This document shows positions 55,406-64,000 of a stretch of DNA of 64,000 bases, piece after piece. Origin of the DNA: Eledone cirrhosa (taxonomy: Eukaryota); NCBI GenBank assembly GCA_964016885.1, contig OZ024740.1, positions 128,898,001-128,962,000 on the forward strand. The letters run 5' to 3'. The translations under genes and the position numbers were made by a program. Each line of letters starts with the position of its first letter. Positions within the stretch are counted from its first letter, which is position 1. The notes under the pieces are model-generated. The model worked only from the letters and a program-made list of their open reading frames with translations, was not told the origin of the DNA and made no database searches.

Positions 55406-55414
55406 CACTCATAG

Positions 55415-55497
<83 letters not shown>

Positions 55498-58400
55498 CGT
55501 GTGTATGTCTGTATTTGTGTGTGTGCGTATGTATGTGTGCGAGTGTTTACGTGTATGTGTGTATATACGCATATATAAATAAATGAACATATAAATACAC
55601 ACACACAAATATATATATATTTGTGTGTATTTCAATGTTTGCTGTCTTCCTGAATTTTGTTTTTTTATACGTGTGTTGAAACAAATATTTACAAAGTATT
55701 AAATAATTATATATTTTTAACACGCCATATTTTAATATATTATCTATTTCAAGTATATTTTAGCCATTTGAAAATTAATACACTTTCACCATTTCCTCTT
55801 CTATTCGTCTAAAGTCAGGCGTCGTTGTGTTCACGTCAATGTATTAAATATGTCAATTTGTATATACAAATTGAGTATGTGCTATAGATGCACTAACTTT
55901 TCATATATTCTATTCATTATATTTTTATTAACAGCCGTCTGTACTAGAAGACATTCGATTGTCATTGTTGTTTAGAAATGTGTGGCATTTGATGAAGCCT
56001 ACAGTGGATAATGTATATTCTACTCGTGATTATTCCATTTGCTCCTAAATGACGAAAATGCGTATATCAGTGTGCACCTCCTCTTAAAAACGGTATAGGT
56101 GATGTAAGGGCCATAGGGTTGTTTTATCTACCATCCATTGTTACTACGTGGAATCCACCACTTTGATTCAAGAACACATATCGTCAATGCTTATGGTATG
56201 AAATTACAATATTTGCTGTATATAATCACTTCCTAATTTATTTTGCTAACTATTACTCAAAATTATACATTATTTGAAAATGTTACTCTTGGCAATTTAT
56301 ACTACAAGTTGTATCATTCTGTAATAAGTATACTCCGCTTCAAAATACTTCCGTGCAGCATTTTCATTTCTATTTAGTTCAATATGGCTTGGATCATTGG
56401 ACCTGGCGATATTTGTATGAGAAATATTTACACTCTAGTTTGAAATCAGGCATTAGTCAAATTGTTATTTATTCTTATTGTTGTCGATAATATATTATAC
56501 CAACATGTAGCCGGCTTATGTGTATTTATCTGCCCCTCCGAACCATCTGTGTTGATCTGAGAAAAAGATGTGGAGCACTATTCACAATATGTCGCTCATC
56601 CTAAATTATGAGTTCCACTGCATTGCAATGAATGTATGAGGTCACCGCGGTTCCTGCGACGTATTGCACAGGATCTAGAAATGTCCTTACCATGGGGAAT
56701 AGCAAGACGATTGCCTATAATATATGAATTATGAAATAGACGATAGGTACTAAAATACATAAAGCATTGGAATTTGTATTGCTAAATACAATAATAGAAT
56801 TTCAATCAAATAAATCTATTACTAAATTCAACGTTTATATATATATGTAAAGGTATTGCTTAGAAAACAAAATAACATATATGTAAGAACAATCAGTTAT
56901 TTTAATGTAATTTATTTAGATTTGAATTCAATTTAAAATAATTTAGACAGATCAGCTAGAAATCACAAAGATTACAAATTTTAGTTGACATTTACATTTG
57001 ATTTATTCTTTCAATACATGTGGGAATATCTCCTGTGAATGTAAGAATTTACAAGAGATGTTCAAGATATACAGGAAAAAATTGTTTATTATCGTTGTAT
57101 ATATAACTTTTTTATTTAAATGTTATCATAAAATTATTTATATTCGTAAGTAATTTTTGATATTAATAGTGACTGTTTAATTTGAAATCAGCGGTCTCTA
57201 TTCAATACAAATGTCTATACATATTATATGAAATCTCACGAATTGAAAATAGCAGCTTTGGTTTTACATCAACCTCAATTCTGCTGGTGACGGAATTGTG
57301 GAAAAGTTGCATAAATGCACTGGGTCCTGTAATAATTGTATTTATTATAACTCCCACATTTATCACTCATGAAAACAGCCCCGTGATACTTGAGCATCTC
57401 CAAGTGCTTCAGTAGAAATCCATTTACATGTAAGGACGTGTCTCAGTCATTTCAACACTGATGCTGATTCTTGGAATACATATTTATTCTATGTTAGTGA
57501 TCCCCTTCCGACAAGTTAAGGGGTCTATATATTCCTGCCGATTGATCTTATACCACTTCAAACCCGGTTCCGCAAGTGAATCAAGTTCATTAAGTTTATG
57601 AAAAGGAGAGTTGCCAATACGCTGACTAAATGAAATTCAACATCGTCAATAAATGGTTACGACTTAGTAAATTTTAGACGAACACAAATACTAGTGCATT
57701 CGTCAATGAAGAAATTAGCATCATTATTTATTCACAAAACAAATATTAGACGGAATAATTGTCTCAATTCTAAAAGTTTTGATTTTTATTCGGACATACA
57801 TTGGATATTCAAGGAAAGAGAGGTTTCTAGGTATTGGTTGGTGATAATATATAAAGAGATAGAGAGAGTGAAGGAGAACTTGAAAAAAAAGTAGAAAGGA
57901 ACAGTAGGCTATTATTTAAATATCCTCGTACTTATTTCCTTAATTTAAATAAATCACGTTGGAATTTCACGAGTTAATTTCACAACAACCATCGATATTG
58001 ACTACACTCTGCTCTGAATATGATTAAACTAACCTTAGAAAACTGGAACTAATCATAGTATCTTTTGAAGTGTAATTGCCTATTAATTATTGTAGGAAAA
58101 TAATCATTTTAAACTTGCTATTTCTTGGTACAATAATTCACATATCATATCTCGCATGATAATATTCCGTTATGGTTCAGGTTAGTACATATAAGAAACG
58201 GATAATATGTAATTATTGATAACATTAGAACTGATTTATTGGCCATATAAGTACATGCTGTGTCTTGCTTTCATACATTGGTTTCCTATAAATATTTGTT
58301 TTTAAATGTATATGGAAACGTGATAAAATTCACGTAAGTTTATCAAATACGAATTGAAAAATCCACATTTCCAGACCCAGGAAATATCTCAACGATAACG

Positions 58401-59801
58401 CTGTTGGATGATATTAATAACACTTTTTATTCTTTTCATGACTATTGTTAAAATATTATAAAGTGAGAATCAATAAACAGGAGGTTTATGTAAAAGATGT
58501 TCTGAAGAAAAATGAATGCTGTTTCGTATGTAAAATAACACAAATATTTTAAGATATATACCTAGGGTGTAATGAATTGCTTTAGACATCTTAATAATCA
58601 AGTTAAAACTTTAAGGCCCAAGATGAACGAGAAGGTGCTCTAAACGCATTCTACAGATCATGCACAACAATAATCAGCACTTTAAATACGAGAACAAACA
58701 ACATTTTCGGATTCTATCGATATTATCTCATACAACTCAATTTGTTCTTTCGCCAACCGCTTAAACCTATTTCTGTCGGTTTCGACAATCGATGTCGTCC
58801 ATGTTTTGTTGTAATTTGGCCAATCAAAGAGACTTAATTGACTACAAACTTCGAATACGCCCCTTTCAATATAACTTTTATGTTTCATTCTACTTCGATT
58901 CACCAAGATTTTAACTGTATTTATCTGTTAACATTACAAGTACTACAGAAGTTAGAAACAACAGTTTTGTTGCAGGAACGCTTCAACTCATTTCACTACA
59001 ACAGATTTCCAAATGTTGGCGAGACAATAATGAAAAAAAGAAAGAATCCTATGTAAATGTTAAATGCAATTATCTTTACCGCGTATAGCTTGGAGAACAA
59101 ACTTGAAACAATGCTAATTCAATTACGTCACATTAGGAAACCATATAAAGCAATGCCAACCAATGCGAAGAACACTTTGCTTTCGTTTAGTTCTGTAGGG
59201 TATTTAAAAGCTTCTGAAATATCTCTTCTGACCCATTATTTTCTAGATGTTGTTATTTTGTTCCAATCCATTCCTCATATATTGTTTTTTATACTTGTAA
59301 GGTAAAATTAAGTTTCAAACTACATTCGTCTAGAAGTAATACTTTTTCCTTTAATGTATCATTTGCGATCGATTATGAGTCCGAAATTAATTTTATACGA
59401 TTTAATAAAATACGCTATAAAAACTAAGAATGATTCACGAAATGTAAATCATATATAATTTAATGGAAAATTGAATTCTATTTACAACAAAAGGAAAGGT
59501 GAGTAGGAACGGTCAAATTTAACTGAAATAGGAATAGGAAAGAAATTGCTTTCTGATAATTTACGATGAAATGTGAACGTATTTACACAAGTATAAATGC
59601 TACACTAACCAGGGAAACAACAGATGTTAGAATGGTTACAAACAATCATAGAAACATCAACGCACAAACCGACACATACACACACATACACATATATAAC
59701 ATGATATTTATATATATGTATATATGTATATATATATATATATATATAAATATAAATATAAATATATCTATATATATATATAAATATAAATCTAAATATA
59801 T

Positions 59802-59916
<115 letters not shown>

Positions 59917-59925
59917 TATATATAC

Positions 59926-60078
<153 letters not shown>

Positions 60079-60184
60079 TAAAAAACCATGTGTCAGTGAA
60101 AACGAGGTAAATTGTAACACTTCGAATCCCAGGGTTGGGGCGGAATCACTGGCAACAGAACAAATTAACGAAAGGATCGAAAAA

Positions 60185-62836
60185 GTGGAGGGAGTGCATG
60201 CTCAAGATGAAACTCCAAATGAAAATAATGAGATCGTAAATGATAAAGAAATGAATGAGAATGAACTTGCCAACTTGAAGGATGAAATTATGATCGAATG
60301 GATGAAAATGAAAGAATCTGACATGGGGCAACGAGACACCCTCCCTAACATCCAGAACTCCAAACAGAACCAAATGATAATACACAAGACTAATATAATT
60401 CTCAAAAACATTATCATCACAAACAAACTAAACATTACTGATTTAAATCATCTCTATTATACATCGGCTAAAGTCACCACTCACTTATGTGGAGTGAAGA
60501 TGAAAAAACGAAGGAATTCCCACAAGAAATCTACTTGGCAAGAGAACATCGATCGCCAAATAAACCTTCTCCGATCCGACATAGAAATTTTAACAAACTA
60601 TAAAGTAGGTGAACATGTTAAACAAACTAAACTTAGAAAATTGAAAAGAAAGTACAGTATAAAATCAACAAGTGACATAGACATGCTGATAGAAATAATC
60701 AAGCAAAAAGTGTCGGCCAAAGCTGATCGTATAAGGCGCTTTGAAAAACGATCTAGATTCTATAAGGACAATAATATGTTCAAAAACAACCAAAGAAACT
60801 TCTACAGAAAAATTGGTAAGTCAGCAATAACTGTTAAATCAATACCACCCAAGGAGGAAGTGCAAGAATTCTGGGAAAAGATCTGGGCCGAAGAAAAAGT
60901 TCATAACATACATGCCCCATTGATAGACAGACAAATGAAAGATACAGCTCACCTTGAGGAACAAATATGGGAAAATATAACAGTTGAACAGTTGTGCTTG
61001 GCTCTAAGAAAAACCAGCAAATGGAAATCCCCAGGAAAAGACAAAATACAAAACTTTTGGATAAATGCCTTCAAAGAGTCTCATGAGCTGTTAGCCCAAC
61101 TTTACAATGAAATAGTTAAGGAGCCAGAAAAGATACCATCATGGCTAGTTAACAGCATTACATTCCTGCTTCCGAAGAATGATGAGACAAACAATCCCAA
61201 AAATTACAGACCGATAACTTGCTTGACTACAATGTATAAGATTTTAACATCAGTCCTAACTGAATACACATATGACCACCTGATAACAAATGATCTATTT
61301 CCCATTGAGCAGAAAGGGTGTAAACGAGGCTCATATGGCTGTAAGGATCAGCTTTTCGTTAACAAAATGATACTGGAAGATTGTCATAATAGACACAAAA
61401 ATCTATCGATTGCTTGGATAGATTATAAAAAAGCATTCGATAGTTTGCCACACAGTTGGATTGAAAAATGTTTAGAGATTTTCAAAATATCCCCCGTTGT
61501 CAGGAGGTTTTTGTCATTCAGTATGAAGACATGGAAAACGACACTCCTTATGAATAGTGAAACAAAATCACTGGAAGCTGGAGAAGTTAATATTAATTGT
61601 GGAATTTTTCAGGGTGACTCTTTATCACCGCTTTTATTCTGCATCGCACTTATACCATTAAGTAAAATGCTCAATGAAACAAAACATGGATATAAAGTCT
61701 ATGACAAAACCATTAATCAGTTGTTCTACATGGATGACCTGAAACTATTTGCAAAAAATGATGAACAATTGCAAGGGCTATTATCCACTGTGGAGCAGTT
61801 CAGTGATGACATTATAATGGAGTTTGGACTAGATAAATGCGCCAAAGCAACGTTCACTAGAGGAAAGCTGCTGAAGTGTTCAGACATTAATCTTGATCGG
61901 GGGAACGTGATAAGAGAACTTGATCAAGAAAAAACTTACAAATATCTAGGTGTTTGTGAAGGAGACGGAATCAAGCACTCGACAATGAGGGAAAGGATAA
62001 GGGAGGAATGTTACCGCACAGTAACAAAAATCTTAAGAACGGAATTGAATGCAAGGAATAGGATCGATGCCATAAACACGCTTGCCATACTAGTAGTAAC
62101 CTACAGTTACAATATCATCAACTGGTCAAGCACAGAGATCTGTAGGCCCGATACGAAAATTCGAAAATTCTTAACCATGCACAGAATGCATCACCCTAAG
62201 GCAGATATAGATAGAATATATCTCCCTAGGAAAGAAGGAGGACGTGGATTAATCCAGTTAGGCATTGCGTTGAAAACTGCAACAATTGGATTATCTACAT
62301 ATCTAAGGGAATCGCATGATTGGATGATCAAACTCGTTTTGAAACACGAAAGCATCAAAAGATCATATTCCATTACAAAAGATGCACAAAGATACAGTAA
62401 TGGACTACCAATTTCAGAAGTCCCATTTACTGCTGAAATGGAATACACAGAAAAAGCAAAGCAGGTAAAAGTAACTGCAAAGAAAGAACTGCTACAGAAA
62501 CTGGCTAAGAAATGGCAAGAAAAGCCTCTGTGTGGAAAATACCCAGAGCGAGCTAACAATCCTGATGTTGACAAAACTTTAACCCATCAGTGTTTGGCAT
62601 CCTCTGTACTGAAATCGGTGACTGAAGGACTGATTATATCAGCACAAGATCAGTGCCTACCAACAAAAAATTACCAAGCCAACATAATAAATAATGGATG
62701 CAGCCCATTATGCCGTGTATGCAAAAAACAACCAGGGACCATTGACCATATAATTTCAACGTGCAGTCCTATAGCTCCAACCGAATACCTAATCAGGCAT
62801 GACAAAGCTGCAAAATACATATTGGATAATGTGTAA
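60185..62836 (+). CDS. R4/Dong reverse transcriptase ORF (883 aa; frameshift after the RHD motif)
   Basis: KSPGKD, NYRPITCL, EQKGC, WIDYKKAFDS, GIFQGDSLSP, YMDDLKL, YKYLG, YLPRKEGGRGL, CRVC..HIISTC, RHD. Confidence 0.93.
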   Translation: MEGVHAQDETPNENNEIVNDKEMNENELANLKDEIMIEWMKMKESDMGQRDTLPNIQNSKQNQMIIHKTNIILKNIIITNKLNITDLNHLYYTSAKVTTHLCGVKMKKRRNSHKKSTWQENIDRQINLLRSDIEILTNYKVGEHVKQTKLRKLKRKYSIKSTSDIDMLIEIIKQKVSAKADRIRRFEKRSRFYKDNNMFKNNQRNFYRKIGKSAITVKSIPPKEEVQEFWEKIWAEEKVHNIHAPLIDRQMKDTAHLEEQIWENITVEQLCLALRKTSKWKSPGKDKIQNFWINAFKESHELLAQLYNEIVKEPEKIPSWLVNSITFLLPKNDETNNPKNYRPITCLTTMYKILTSVLTEYTYDHLITNDLFPIEQKGCKRGSYGCKDQLFVNKMILEDCHNRHKNLSIAWIDYKKAFDSLPHSWIEKCLEIFKISPVVRRFLSFSMKTWKTTLLMNSETKSLEAGEVNINCGIFQGDSLSPLLFCIALIPLSKMLNETKHGYKVYDKTINQLFYMDDLKLFAKNDEQLQGLLSTVEQFSDDIIMEFGLDKCAKATFTRGKLLKCSDINLDRGNVIRELDQEKTYKYLGVCEGDGIKHSTMRERIREECYRTVTKILRTELNARNRIDAINTLAILVVTYSYNIINWSSTEICRPDTKIRKFLTMHRMHHPKADIDRIYLPRKEGGRGLIQLGIALKTATIGLSTYLRESHDWMIKLVLKHESIKRSYSITKDAQRYSNGLPISEVPFTAEMEYTEKAKQVKVTAKKELLQKLAKKWQEKPLCGKYPERANNPDVDKTLTHQCLASSVLKSVTEGLIISAQDQCLPTKNYQANIINNGCSPLCRVCKKQPGTIDHIISTCSPIAPTEYLIRHDKAAKYILDNV

Positions 62837-63267
62837 GCATTTGACCTGCTCCATCAAAAGAATTGGTGGGAGCATCAACCACCTCCCATACTTGAAAAAG
62901 ATCACATCTCAATCTTGTGGAACTTTAGCATCCAAACAGACCGAAAAATAGATGCAAATAGACCTGATATAATATTGTAGGACTTTAAAAATGCCTGCTA
63001 ATTGATATGTCTGTTCCAATAGACAAGAATGTATCTATAAAAACATTTGAAAAATTGAGCAAGTATAAGGACCTGGAGATAGAAATTGGAAAAATGTGGA
63101 AATTGAGAACTAAAACAATACCAGTGGTTGTAGGCGCTCTGAGAATGATACATAAGGGGTCTAATGATTACTTATCGCAAATCCCAGGAAACCCGCGTAT
63201 AGGAGAAATACAAAAGATAGTACTAATGGGAACTGCCCATATACTAAGGAATATTCTGTCAATATAA
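62820..63267 (+). pseudogene. Restriction-like endonuclease domain of the R4/Dong ORF (frameshifts and a stop)
   Basis: WWEHQP, NRPDII, IDMSVPIDKNVSIKTFEKLSKY, IPVVVGAL. Confidence 0.88.
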
Positions 63268-63410
63268 GTACAAGACCAGTCTAAACACTAAAGATGCATG
63301 TGTGAGTATGTATGTTCTTTCTTGAACATGGCGGACCTTGTTGTCTCTTGAGGTCACAGGTTGTGACTTGGTGATAACTCGTATGAACATAAAGCAAGAT
63401 AAATGCAACT

Positions 63411-63442
<32 letters not shown>

Positions 63443-63455
63443 TATTATTATTATT

Positions 63456-64000
63456 TTAACTAAAAATAGACTGGAAATAAAGTACAAAACTAGGAGGAAA
63501 CAGCTAAATATTATCATAGAGGAACTGAAGCAACGCATTGAAGCAAAGAGTACAAAAATTAGGCGATACGAGAGCAGAGTCTATCAGTATAGAGAGAACT
63601 GCATGTTTGACAGCAACCAGAAGATGCTGTTTGGACAGCTTGAAGGGAAAGAAAGAGGCAACGACTTGATCCCTGAGGCGGAACAAACTAAGACATTCTG
63701 GAGAGGAATATGGGATCAGGATGTTAAACATAATATCCGGGCAGTGTGGATTGAGACAGTACAAAATGAGATTAGTGAACAGGCACACCAACAGACTGAT
63801 TTGAGTATCACAGTTGAAACTCTTAAGGGGCAGGCCAAACAACTAAGGGGTCTAATCGCAAATCCCAGGAAACCCGTGTATAGGAGAAATACAAAAGATA
63901 GTACTAATGGGAACTGCCCATATACTAAGGAAGATTCTGTCAATATAAGTACATCACAAGACTAAACACCTAAAGATGCATGTGTGTGTATGTATGTCCT
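63456..64000 (+). mobile_element. Composite R4/Dong fragment: N-terminal piece of a different subfamily joined to a 3' end like 63153-63320
   Basis: EELKQRIEAKSTKIRRYE..MFDSNQK..FWRGIW, then from ~63844 near-identity to the preceding element's 3' end. Confidence 0.8.

Overview
AT-rich, microsatellite-dense eukaryotic intergenic or intronic DNA. It is most likely from an octopod cephalopod, inferred from its tRNA-derived SINE family. No intact host gene is evident, and most predicted ORFs are (TA)n/(CA)n/(CT)n artefacts. The window holds several retroelements: a near full-length but disrupted Tx1/L1-clade LINE inserted in (TA)n (12951-18728, -), a near-intact R4/Dong-type RT-RLE element inserted in (TAA)n (60077-63412, +) plus decayed or chimeric copies, an RTE remnant, several Penelope-like element (PLE) remnants, and about 11 SINE copies. 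The most notable signal is non-coding: about 15 type I hammerhead ribozyme (HHR) motifs from several sequence-unrelated families. Many lie in short inverted-repeat cassettes in or beside (TA)n tracts, and all 8 such cassettes have the same polarity (3' ends pointing outward). They include a ~440-nt tandem/inverted retrozyme-like unit, a perfect 189-bp palindrome with two intact HHRs, and an HHR with a compensatory U3-A8 core. All structures were paired by eye and none has been tested.
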